Source of the DNA: Lama glama
Lineage: Eukaryota
Direction of reading: 5' to 3'
NCBI GenBank assembly: GCA_028534125.1
Contig: CM052828.1
Span: 61,008,001-61,072,000 of the forward strand
Length of the DNA stretch: 64,000 nucleotides
In this document: positions 1 to 36,134 of the stretch, in pieces
Numbering within the stretch: the stretch's first letter is position 1
Layout: each line of letters starts with the position of its first letter
The notes under the pieces: generated by a model
The model's database searches: none
What the model saw: only the letters and a program-made list of their open reading frames with translations
What the model was told of the DNA's origin: nothing
Made by a program: the position numbers and the translations under genes

Positions 1-486
1 AGGTTGGTTTTTCTGATATCTTGTTTTTAAAGGACCACATTCTCTAACCAGTCTAATGTTGTCTACATTTTCGGTAACACTATGATAGCACAGTTTCTTT
101 TCTTCCTTCTTTTTCGGTTTTACTAGGTAGAATTATCCCAGTTTGACTGCACACAAACATGTTGCGTGTAAATACACATACACAGTATACTGCACGTGTT
201 TTTTTAGCTCACATGTATGTACTGATCATTGTTTCTAAGAACAGATTAGAGCTTTAGATTTTTAAACTTACATAGCTGTATGACAGCGCAATTTCTATTA
301 CGAGACTTGAGGTTAAACTTTATATTCTGTTTACATGAGTGGTTACATTGTAAAATTCTGGAAACCACAGATAAATGCAAAGAAGAAAATTAAAGTCACC
401 GATACTCCCACCACTGCCAAAGACTGCTACTGACGCTTGATGGCCGTATGTCCCTTCTTTGTCTTACGTTTGTGTGAGTTCGTTGC

Positions 487-3400
487 ATTTTTTAAGTAGC
501 TGTATTAAAGTGTGATTTGCATAGGATTTGTACTTCAGCAAGTCTTAGCAGATGTATACAATTGTGTAACCACCACCGCGGTCAAGATGCAGTGTCTCCA
601 CCACCCCGTGAAGTTGCCTGCGGCCCCTCTGCATTCATTCGTCCCCTCTCTCCCCGTGCGTGGCAGTTGCTGACCGGCCCTGTGTGTTTGGCTGTTTCCA
701 GGACCTTGTCTGAGTGGAGCTGTGTGCTTTGCAGTCTTCCATACCTGGCTTCTTCCACTTGGGAAGTGCCTATGAGATTGGTGGTGCCTTGTGGCAGGGA
801 CTCGTTTCTCTGTTGTTGAGTACTCTGCATTGTCCTGAGTTAATGGATGTCTGGGCTTCTAGCTTGGAGTTGTTCTGAATAAAGCTGCTGAGAACAGTGA
901 AGGATAAGTCTTGTGTGTGGAAAACCCTCATACCTCTTGGGTAGATACCTAGAAGTAGGTTCTCAGGGTCATATGGAAAGTGTGTATTTAACTTTGAAGA
1001 CATGTCCTAACTGTTTTGAAAGGGCTCCGTCCACCTTTTTTTTTTTTTAATTGAAGTATAGTCAGTTACAATGTGTCAGTTCCACCTTTTTTTAAAATTG
1101 AAATATAAGTGATTAACAATGTTAATTTCCAGTGTACAGCAAAGTGATTGTTACACATATATATATATTCTTTTTCATATTCTTTTTCTTCAGGTTATTA
1201 CAAGGTATAGAATATAGTTCCCTGTGCTGTACAGAATGACCTTGTTGTTTATCTGTTTTGTATAGAGTAGTTTGTATCTGCTAATCCCAAACTCCCAGTT
1301 TATCCCTGCCCCCTTTCCCCTCTGGCAACCAGTTTGTTTTCTGTGTCTGAGGGCTTCACCATTTGCATCTCTGCCAGCAGTCTGTGAGCGTTCCAGCTGT
1401 TTTGAGTCCTTGCCAACATTTGGGATTGTCGGTCTTTTCAGTTTTTGTTATTCTGGTACGTGTGTGGTGGAGTTGCGCTGTGGGCTTCGTCTGCGTTTCC
1501 CCTGATGACTTTCAGCATCTTTTCTTATGCTCGTTGCCATTGCAAATACCTTCTTCAGTGAAGTCTGTGTTCACATCTTTTGCTCGTCTTTTAGGATGGT
1601 GTTTACTTTCTTATTTCCAAGTGTTTGAGTTTATTATATGTTCTGGGTACAAGTCTTGTATCAGATACTTGCCTTGCAGGTATTCTCTCCCAGTTTGCAG
1701 CTGGTCTCTTGATTCTCTTAACTGTGGCTTTCAGAGAGCAGAAGTTTTAAATTGTGATGATTTCTTCGTATCAGTTTGGTACTTTACAGATTGTGCTTTT
1801 AGTATCTTTTTGGAAGTCTTTGCCTGATCTGAGGTGTGAAGATTTTCCCTTGTATTTCCTTCTGGACAGTTCAGGGTTTCAGCTTTTACATTTAGGTCTA
1901 TTGAGGTGAATTTTTGTGTGTGTTGTGAGGTATGAATCGAAGTTGTGTTTTCCCCGTGAATGCCCAGTTGGCCCAGTGCATTTGTTGAGGAGTCTTTCTC
2001 CACTGAATTGCCTTTGCTCCTCCATTTCAAGTCACTCCCATGTGCCTGTGGGTGTGAAGTCTCACAGGCTGGAGCTCTTGCCGCCAGCTTTACCCCTTTT
2101 CACAGTTGTTTTGGCTATTGTAGGTCCTTTGTATTTCCGTATGAATTTTAGAATCTGTTTGCCAGTTTCTACGCAAGAAGGCACACTAGGATTTTGGTTG
2201 GGATCTTGTCAAATTGCAGGTGAGCGCAGGGACAAGCGGGGCCCAGCTGACGGCACGGGGCGCAGCCCGCTGTTTCTGCAGGCCATCCTCCGCTCCCCCA
2301 CCTGTTTTCTAGTCCCAGGGCATAGGTCTTGCACATCTTTCTTAGATTTCTCTCTGCGGCATTCCGCGTTTTGATGGCATTATAAATGGTGTGTGGATTT
2401 GAGTTTCTGGTTCTTGATGGTATACGAGTGATTTTTAGATACTGGTCTTGCAAAGTGTACTTGTTTCTAGTAGCTTTTTATAGATCCCGTTGGATTTTCT
2501 GTGCAGACAGTCACGTTGCCTGTGAGCAGAGGTAACGTGACTCTCACTTTCTAGTCTGTGGGCCTTTTGTTACTTTTCTTGCCTGTTGCGCTGTTCAGAT
2601 CCTCCAGTGTGATGGTTGGTAGAAGAGGCAAAAGCACACATCCTTCTTTTGTTCCTGATCTTAGGAGAAAGCTTGCAGTCTTTAGTCGTGAAGTGTGATA
2701 CTAGCTACAGATGTTTCAGAATCACCCATGATTGTGCTGAGGAAGTTCCTCTCTGTTCCCAGGTTACCGAGAGTTTTATCAGAAGTACGTGTTGGATTCC
2801 GACAGAGTCTTCTGCAGCTGTTGCGGTGGCCATGTGACTTGGTTTTAAGTTTGTAAACGACATTGATTGATTTTTTTTTAAATGTTAGACCAGTCTTTGA
2901 CTCTGGCATAAATCATACTGGGTCACGATGCATTATCTTTTTAATGTATTATTGGATTTAATTTGCTAGTGTTTGTTAATTTTTGCATCTATGATCACAA
3001 AAGATACTTGTGTATTCATGTAATGTCTGTGTCTCATTTTGGTATCAGAGTGATGCTGGTCTCAGAAACATTCCCTCCTTTTCATTTTCTGGAAGACTTT
3101 GTGTAGAATTGGTATTATTTCTTCCTTAAGTGTTTGAGAAAATTCCCCAGTGAAGGCTGCTTGGCTTTCTTGGTGGAAAGATGCTCAACTACAGAGTTCA
3201 TCAGCAGATGCAGAGTTACTCAGTTTATGCCTGTCTTTGAGTTCTCTCTGATCAGTGACTGCAGCGTCTGATCTGCATGAATACCGTCTGGTGTGATTTT
3301 CACTGCGTGCGTCGTTTTCCTCTCTGGGTGTTCAGTGTGAGTCCCTTTTGCATCTTCCCTGTCTCTGCTTGACTTTTTGCAGTGTGCGGAGCACAGTTGT

Positions 3401-4130
3401 GATAGCTCCTTCTCGCCAGCTCTGATGTCTCTGTCAGTTTCAAGTGGCTTTTGGCTGATTGGTTTTCTCCCCATTAGCAGCTGTCTCCTGCTTTGGTATC
3501 TGGCAGTCACTGCCAGGCACTGACTTTGACGTGTGTGGTGGATGCTTCTGTGTTCTTGTTGGTATTCTTGAGCTTTGTTTTGGACTTGGTTAAATTTCTT
3601 TGAAACAGTTTGATTTTTCAGAGTCTTGCCTTTAAGGTTTTGTCAAGGGCTGATTGCCCCCAGGACTGAGGTACAACCTTTCTGAACTCTCTACCCAGGG
3701 CCCTGCCGTTTTCTCTTCTGGCTGAGGGGAGTGTGTGAGCACCAGACACTGTGTTCTCCAGGCTTTGGGGGGGTTCTTTGCCTGGCCTTGGCAGCTTCTG
3801 CACATGTACGTGCCGGTCAGTGCTCTGCAGAATGCGTGGAGGGGATCATTGAGCTCACCTTGCACGTCTCCAGGCTCCTCTCTGGCTGCATCTCTCCTCT
3901 CCAGGCCTTCATCTTGCAGATTCGAGCCTCAGCTCAGCGCACCTGCTCTGCAGCCTGGACCCCGGATGTGGGAAGCCAGGGTGCTCAGTGCTGGTCTGTC
4001 TCCCGTCTCCCAAGGTCACTGCCTCTCAGAGCCCCACGTGTGGTGCTTTGGAAAGTGTTGCTTCATCTATTATTTTAGGCAGAAGAGTCAGTCCAGTTCC
4101 TTTACTTCATCTTGGCCAGAAGCAAGAGTC
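487..4130 (-). mobile_element. Old, internally deleted LINE-1 (L1M-type), antisense to CUL4A
   Basis: Recognisable L1 antisense phrases (tgtaaccaccacc; gggtagatacctagaagtagg; ccctgatgact..gcatcttttc; ggaagactttgtgtagaattggtatt; 5'-end-like catcttggccagaagc). Recognised by eye; boundaries approximate. Confidence 0.7.
1086..1350 (-). mobile_element. LINE-1 3'UTR fragment (cetartiodactyl type) nested in the older L1
   Basis: T-run followed by aattgaaatata...tgtacagcaaagtgatt...gaatatagttccctgtgctgtacag...ctaatcccaaactccca. Confidence 0.75.
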
Positions 4131-7100
4131 CCAGGGAAAGCCTGAACTCCCACAGGCCCTGAGCGTAACAGAATGCTGCATCTCACAGCCAGGGCCTGTT
4201 AGTCCTCTTTTCCTGGGGGTCTGACTGTCTGGTGTCATTGCCTGTCATCTTTCATAGCAGAGTCACTGCTGGACCTTCTAGCAGCGGTGCACTTCCTGAC
4301 GGCCACCGTCGATACTGTCGTGAGCAGTGTTTCCCCGGGGGTCCGTGGGTGCCCGTGTGAGTGTCTGGAGACCCCGAGGGCCAGGGATGCCTACCCCACA
4401 ATGGCAGTACACGTTCCAGGGGTCATCTCAGGAGGGCCCGAGTGTGGGGTCAGTGTGTGTACTTTTGGAGAGCGTGTGCACAGGCAGGCTTCTGGCCACT
4501 CGGCAGTGTCAGCAAGTCAGAGGACGTCTTTATGGAGTGAGCCGCTCAGATCTCATGGAAGCGAACCAGACAGAGATAGCAGCTGGTGTCACGGTGACAT
4601 GACTGACCACACGCTTTGTCCTGGTCTCTGAGGAAGTGGACTGCACTTGACCTGGTGTTTCACAATAAAGCCTGAGCTTTAGCTGAGGTGGTGCAGTGTG
4701 TGCTTTGCCAAGAACCTCATGTAGAAGTAATAGTTCTCACCAAAGCTTGGAAGGTGTGTTTGCTTCTGAGGAAGCTTTCAGGATTGTCTGAGGGCATCGG
4801 TCTCCCCAGAGCAGGATCTCGCATCTCCGTGTCAGGGGTCCAGGCCTTAGCAGGCCTCCCTATCGGAGGCAGTATTGGAGTGTTCCTGCCCAGGCTGCCT
4901 GTTCATGTGTTTGTTTTTGTTTGGTAAGAAGGGAAGTTCAAAGCAGGGTGATGAAAGAGTCTTGACAGACACACACGCGTCCCACCCAGAGTCACTCTCC
5001 TCCGGTAATTGGGGGAGGAGGAGATTTTGAACGCACAGGTCTTTTCTGGTTTTGAGAACCTGAGTTCAGATCAGAAATCTCCACTCACTGAAGAAAGTGT
5101 CTCTTGTGTGTCTTACGTTTGTATATTTTAGTTCTGCTTGTTCGCTTAATGAGACAACGGAAAACCAAAGGCTGCATGTTTGAGAAGGGCTCCAGGGGCG
5201 GGCTAGGTGTTGATCTCAAGCTAGTTTTGATGCACAGAAGCAAACCTGTCACAGAGAACTCGCACTGGGGAAAAGCCATGCTGCTTGCTTTGAGTCACGG
5301 AGGAAACGTCTCCAGGAAGTCGTCCTGCCTGGTGAGAACTGAGTGAAGGAGACTGGGGTAGAGTCAGGCACTGACGTATTAATGGGATGGACAAAGTTGA
5401 TTAGAGAAAGCGGAAAAGTGGAAAAGTTGATTAGAATAGACACACCTATGGACCAATTTGAGAAAGTAAACTGATCGAGAGTGAATTCAATACACAAGTT
5501 ATTCAAAAACAGAACATTCAGACTCAGATACGTTAGGCCTAATAGAAAGGGTTTTTATGCTTGAGCAGCTCTCGTCATTCGGTGAGCGCAGTGGTTCCTG
5601 GTAGGGACTTGCTTCCAGCATGGGGGGCAGGGTGGGGGTCAGAGGTGGCCAGAATGCCGTGGGCTGTCCGTGCCTGCCGAGTTTTCCTAGGAACCCTCCA
5701 TCTCACGCTTGGTCCCCTCACTCAGACCTGAGTCCTCGTTTTTCTTTTATGTTGCTCTTTACTCATTTCTCATGGGGGGGAGTCTGGGGGGCGGGGCGAG
5801 CCTGGGGGCAGCTTCTCCCCGTGTGGTGAGCGTGTCCCATTTAAGCAGGCCTGCCTCTGCGCAGGGTCCACTTTCACGGCTGTTTATTGCTGAACAGGGG
5901 CCCCCGGCTGCTGGAGGCCCCCGCCCAGCCCGACTCCAGGTCTGTCAGAAGGACGAAGCTGAGGGAGTGCACTTTGCCTTGTGCCCCAGCCGGGCTCTGT
6001 CTCTGTAATAGTCCCCGGGAACTGCGGGGAGGGGTGTTTTTTATTTTTCCCCTTTGTTTACATACACGACTCCTAGGACTTGTCTGCCTTTTTCTTCCCG
6101 ACTTCTCACTCTGAGATGTTTCACTCCTCCTCCTCCTCTCTAATACCAGCTGTGGCCTTAAGGACCGCTACCCGGACGGGCCTCTCCCAGACCTGTTGGG
6201 CCCACACCGTGTGGCTGCTGGTGTTTGCCCACAGCTCCTTTCTGGTCCTGTCTGGGTCCCCGCCTGCAGGACGTGTGCCCGGTGAGGGTGGATGCTGCCC
6301 AACACAGATACGTGGGCGCGGTGCCCTGCAAGCGTGCTGATTAGAGACCTGCGTGGTGGGAGGGCGGCCCAGACACGGAGGACGGCATCCTTACCCTAAC
6401 GCGAGTAGGGCCTGGGGCTGCTCCTCTCCAGTGCCTGGACTAGTCAGGCTGCTTTCACTGCGATGACTCAGCCAAGCCACCCAACACAGGAGGGGGGCAC
6501 TCCCCTCTCCCAGAGGAGGGGCTCCCACTGCTCCCCACCAGGACAGAACGGCCTGCCACTCCCTGCCATGCCAGCAGAGAGCGGCCGCCCTGCCTCCAGA
6601 GGTGACCAGGTGCCTGTAACACGAGACAACAGCAGTGACTCAGCAGGACACACGCCCACAGCAAGCCTGGTTCCCTGGCTCTGCCTGGCTGCTTTAAGAG
6701 GTCCCCAGATTCTCCACTTGAAAAACAAATCTCACTGGGCTTCATGTAAATAGTAAGCGTGTGCCAAGTAGGGCGTATAGGAGAAAGGGCTGGTAACTGA
6801 GTTCAGTGGTGACCGGTCACAGCTGGAGGAGCTCATTCTCGTGACGCTGACGCCCGGTTCAGGAGTCAGAGTGTTCAGAGCGGGCCTGGCGGGGTGCTGT
6901 TCTGTGAGGGACACCTGCTCCAGGCCTATCTTGGTGTCTACCAAAGAAAATGTATTTTCTTCCTGTACTGAAAACTTACTTCGTAATAATTAAGTTTGTA
7001 ATGATTACTGGAGCAGAAGCCTCTGTGGTGAAGTTATCTTGGGTTTTTTTGTGTTTTTTTTTTTTTGAGGAAAAAACACAGTGGATCTTTGAATTATACA

Positions 7101-7229
7101 AAGAGTTTGAGAAAAGAATCGAAGGATATAAAACAAAATGTTAATAGGAATCCCATATTCTGTAGTCAGACAGATGTAGAGGGAAGGTATTTTTATTTTT
7201 TAAGTTACTATTTCATGTTCTCTTTAAAA

Positions 7230-7365
7230 TTTTTTTTTTTTACTTTTGAGGGGAGGTAATTAGGTTTATTTATTTATTTTTAGAGGAAGTACTGGGGATT
7301 GAACCCAGGTCCTCGTGCGTGCTAATAAGGACGTGCTCTGCCACTTGAACTGTATACCCTCCCCC
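7230..7365 (-). mobile_element. tRNA-Ala-derived SINE (camelid vic-1-like)
   Basis: Reverse complement GGGGAGGGTATACAGTTCAAGTGGCAGAGC...GGGTTCAATCCCCAGTACTTCC with an A-rich tail; flanking tgttctcttt repeat at 7216-7225 and 7373-7382. Confidence 0.85.
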
Positions 7366-8300
7366 ACTTCCGTGTTCTCTTTTGAATTTTATAAATACGC
7401 CTGTGTTTTATATGGTAGTAATTGCTATATTTCTTCACAGTGGTTGCTTTTTTACTATCTTTATAAAAATTTAAGTTGCCCTTTTATCACCAGGCAGTGT
7501 AGTATTTGAGCTGAGATTCTAAAGTGTCTTCATTCTATATATAACCCATACTTTTAAAAATAGTTTAAAAATAGGCAATAGAAAAACCACGTTTCTGTTT
7601 ATAGTGTTTCCTACTTGCACTGAATAAGATTCTGGTTTTGTGCTTGAGATTTGAAAGAAAATTTTATTAGAATTGGTAAGAATGTACAAACATTTCTTTA
7701 ATGTGGATACAATTTATGAAAACTATTTCCTCCTCACAACCTTGTTTCTTAGTTTTTGGTGAACTTGCCTGTGCGCCTGGCTCTCGCGGCGTTGCACCTT
7801 CAGCTCGGTTTAGACGGAGTCATCACGCTCGTAAGAGTGAAAGACTCTGGAATGCCCGGTGTTCTCCCCCGTTGGCAGGTGGATGCCGAGGCTCTGGAGC
7901 AGGGACCTCCTGCCCTGGGGTCACGCTGTCGTCAGCAGGGCACACTCCCACCCGCTCCCCCTGCCCCGCAGGCTCGGGAGTCGTGTCCTCAGGCACTGGC
8001 GTGCCGGGGTGGAGACTGGCACCCGGATAACGTGGAGGGTCGTGAGACACCCACGCCGGGGCCACGTGGGTCCTGCTGTCGGACCTGTGTGCAGTGGGAG
8101 CCCAGTATGGACCGTTTTTACCAAACCACGTGGATTCCAGCATTCCACCAGTGACTGCCCTAAACTTAACATAGTCATTTATTTGTAGGTTACAAGTGTG
8201 GGGGTTGTCTTTCTGTAAAGAATATAGCGATTTATCCAAGTAGATTTTTAAAGAACTGATTTGTTATAGTGAATAATTCATTTATTCCTTTTTGTTTCAG

Positions 8301-32757
<24,457 letters not shown>

Positions 32758-33560
32758 GGCTCACGGCTGTCTCCTCCGTGAGACACTAGAATGTATCTTC
32801 AGGGCAGAAATGCTGTTTCCGGACTTCCTGGGGCTGAGCAGCAGGGATGCTCTGGACTGGAGGAGAGGGTGGCTCCTGGAGGCCTCACGGGCTTGAGGGT
32901 TTGCAGACAGCACGGGCACCTTCCCCTCCACTTCTTCCTCTTGTTCTTTTAGGTGTTAAGTGGTTTCCATTGCTCTGCAGAGTGACTTTGAGGTTGGACG
33001 AGATGTTGGTTAAAAGGGCTCCTTTGTACGGTGGTGTTCTTATGGCAAAAAGCTGAAAGTCTGGTGTGTTTTTGTGTGTGATCATGAATGCACAGTTTAC
33101 AGACCCTCCCCGCTGCGTCCTTTAGCCGCACAGATGACAAGTCCCTGCAGACGTGCTGTCTTAGCTTGTCAGCAGTCAGGCTGAAGACGAGACCCCGGCT
33201 GGTGAATGTTAGGAAGCAGCAGCCAGTGTTAAAAACCGGCTGACCGATTATGCAGCCTAAAACTAGCGTCTGTCTGCTCCACTTACTTCCACAAAGTTTT
33301 CTCTTGGACGCCTGGTTTTGCATGACGAGGTTCCTCAGTGAGATCTCTGAAGTGCTGAGGGGACGTCATGCCTGAGGCCTGGTGCCGGGGACCCCGGCGG
33401 CAGCGGCTTCCCGCTGCGTTACTTGTGGGTTTTCTGTTGCGGGCTTGGGGGCAGGGAGTCTGTTTGCCGTTCCAAGATTGGGTCTGGCAGACCCTGTTTC
33501 TTGCATTGGGGTAACTGCTGCTTGATTGTTCTCTAATCGCAGTATTTGTATGATTGCAGC

Positions 33561-33566
33561 AATAAA
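33561..33566 (+). terminator. CUL4A: Proximal polyadenylation signal candidate, CUL4A 3'UTR
   Basis: AATAAA followed by GT-rich gtttggtttcgctgtc. Confidence 0.5.
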
Positions 33567-34152
33567 GTTTGGTTTCGCTGTCACCGTCCCAGCAGGGTGG
33601 GGGCTCCTCCCTGCTGGAGCTGCTGTGAACAGTCAGTCCCCTGATGTTGTGAAGCAGGGCTGCTTCTGTCGGGAGGCCGAGAGGGCTCTTGGCACCTGGC
33701 TTCCTGTTGTGTGTGCGCAGGTGAGGCCGGGCAATGGCGTGATTGCGTGGCAACTGTAACAAAGAACTTTTGTGATAACATTTAAAGTACTTTATATTTT
33801 ACAGAAGAGCATGTTTCATTTTGATTAAAAGCTACCAAAGGAATTTTGATCATGGTGTAAGTGTTGAAAGCAATATTTTCTGGAATATACCAAGTTTATA
33901 TAATTTGATTTTTGTGCTAAATTATTAAAAGGTTCTCCCTTTTTGAAACATGCGTGTTTAAAATATGACACCTTATGCGTTTCCATTTGAAAATCCTCTC
34001 TTTAAGTATCATTATTTCTATATTTGTAAATCTTCGTTTGTGAGTTCTATAATACATGGCCGATAAAAGACCAAATAGATTTCTACTTCCTATACTTTTA
34101 AGTTCATTGTCTCTAGAGTGTTAATACTGTAATTTAATGTAGACTTACTCGG

Positions 34153-34158
34153 AATAAA
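34153..34158 (+). terminator. CUL4A: Distal polyadenylation signal, CUL4A
   Basis: AATAAA at the end of the AT-rich 3'UTR block (33760-34200). Confidence 0.75.
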
Positions 34159-36102
34159 ATTAGTTTAATTGGCCTTAAACTTACATTGATAAAAGTGTGG
34201 CATGCCAAGTGCTAACCCTTCAGCCCCTCGCACTGCCCCCAGGACAGCAGACAGAAGCAGGCAGACACCCTTCCTGTGCTCCTCGCCACAGAGCCCACCC
34301 GCAGGACCTCGGCAGACCGGCCTCTGACCCCACGCTTCTGTCCGTCCTTGCTTATCAGCTTCATTTACTGGTTTACATGGTTAAAGGGTAATGTGGTAAA
34401 ACAAGCAGAGAAGAGGAAGTGACTGGAAAGGGTCAGGCAGTTACGACAAAAGGCTGTTAAACTTGAAGGAAGAAGGGAAATGATTTACGGATAGTGATCG
34501 TATGCCCAGAAAATCCAGGAGAAGCAACTGAAAGCTGTGACCGAAGAAAAGAATTCAGTAAGTTTTTAATGACATAAAAGCAACAGGAGATTCAAAATGT
34601 AACAGGTCACTTTTCCAGTGGCAACAAAAAATTGATGAAATACTTAGTAACAAAATACAGGAAAAATACTTTTTGAATGACTTAGAAACAGGAAGAAACG
34701 TGAATATGTGACAGGCACAGGCCGTCCTGCTTTGTCCTTGCAGCGTGCTGAGCTGCCGCCGCCCCCCACCCCAGACTTGGGAACACAGACAAGAGGACTC
34801 TGAAGTTAAAATACAAAAGCAAATGGGCAAGAAGAGCGACAGGCTGTTGTAAACCTCTGGGGATAGCACACAGGTGACCCGGACAGAATGGGGTCCTGGA
34901 GGAGGCCAGGCACACGGCCGGGGGTGGGGCGTTGTCGGAAAGGGAGACTCCGCAGCAAGGCATGCTGGAAAAACTCGCGTTACCAGCTTGAGAAAAGCAA
35001 AGTTAGATTATACTAATTTTTTACACTAAAATAAGTTCCAAGGTGTCAAAAATTTACGTGTGAAAAACGAAACCATAAATAGAAGAAAACACGAGGCATG
35101 CTTTGTTTGATGGAAAGACGTCTGATGAATGAAGATCCGCTTTCCTAAAAACAATGAGATGACATTCTTAAAAATTGACACAGGGAAGAGTTGAAAAACT
35201 GGCAAATTTGGGGGTAGAAATACCACCACGTATTTCATGTGCACAGAAGTGCAAGTGGGCCAACTGGCTGTGCTCCTGTTCACCGCCAGAGCAGCGGAAG
35301 TGGCCCGGTGAGTGCGGCCAGCCCGCAGGGTCCAGGAAGGAGACGTGGACCGGAGGAGGGGCACTGCCACGGGGACGGGGCACAGGCGGGCATCCATCAG
35401 GTGGAGGGCTGAGTGTGCGGGGCAGCCCTGCGTGCCAGCTGCAGGGAGGGCAGGGCCCTGGGGCCAGGTTCCGGGTGACCACGGATGTGGAGGAGCTGTC
35501 GCCCTGCTGGCCAACACCTCCAGGGCAGCGAGGGGAGAAGTGACCCTCCGATGGGCTTGGCCCGGGTCCCGCTCTGCCCAGAAGAGGAATCCTGTTTGTC
35601 GGGAAGGAGATGGGGGTTTGACTGACAAGATGGCAGGTCCAGGGGTCGGTAGAAAGGGCTCAGGATGGAGAGGAGGGAGACCAGGTCGCAGGGGCAGGAC
35701 ACAGGGTGTTGGGCTCCCGAGGATGCAGAGCACGGGGCTCGCAGAGCACAGGGGTCAGACAGGGGGCTCTGGGGACGTGGACCAGTCATGACATGGGACA
35801 GTGGTCTCACATAAACTTGTGAGCGTAGCATTTGAAGATGCCCATTGTCATTGAGCCACCGGAGTCCACCTGCAGGCAGTGCCCCGTGACACACCGTGCT
35901 CGTGCGGGTGACTTCAGGGCTGCGACAGCACACGTGGGAGATGCCCAACGTGCGGTGACAGGCCTGGCTGGGTGCCGCGGTCCCAGCGAGTGCGGTGCTG
36001 CCCCAGGCTCCCCCAGAGGGAGATCGAGCATCACGACCCCTGGGGACCCTCGGGACATGGGAGAACAGGGGGCAGATGGTGTCAGGTGCACAGCACTGCC
36101 AC

Positions 36103-36134
36103 TGCGTGTGTGCGCGTGTGCACACGCGTGTGTA
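36103..36134. repeat. 32-bp alternating purine-pyrimidine tract with a 16-bp palindrome
   Basis: tgcgtgtgtgcgcgtgtgcacacgcgtgtgta; palindrome cgcgtgtgcacacgcg at 36113-36128. Confidence 0.8.
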
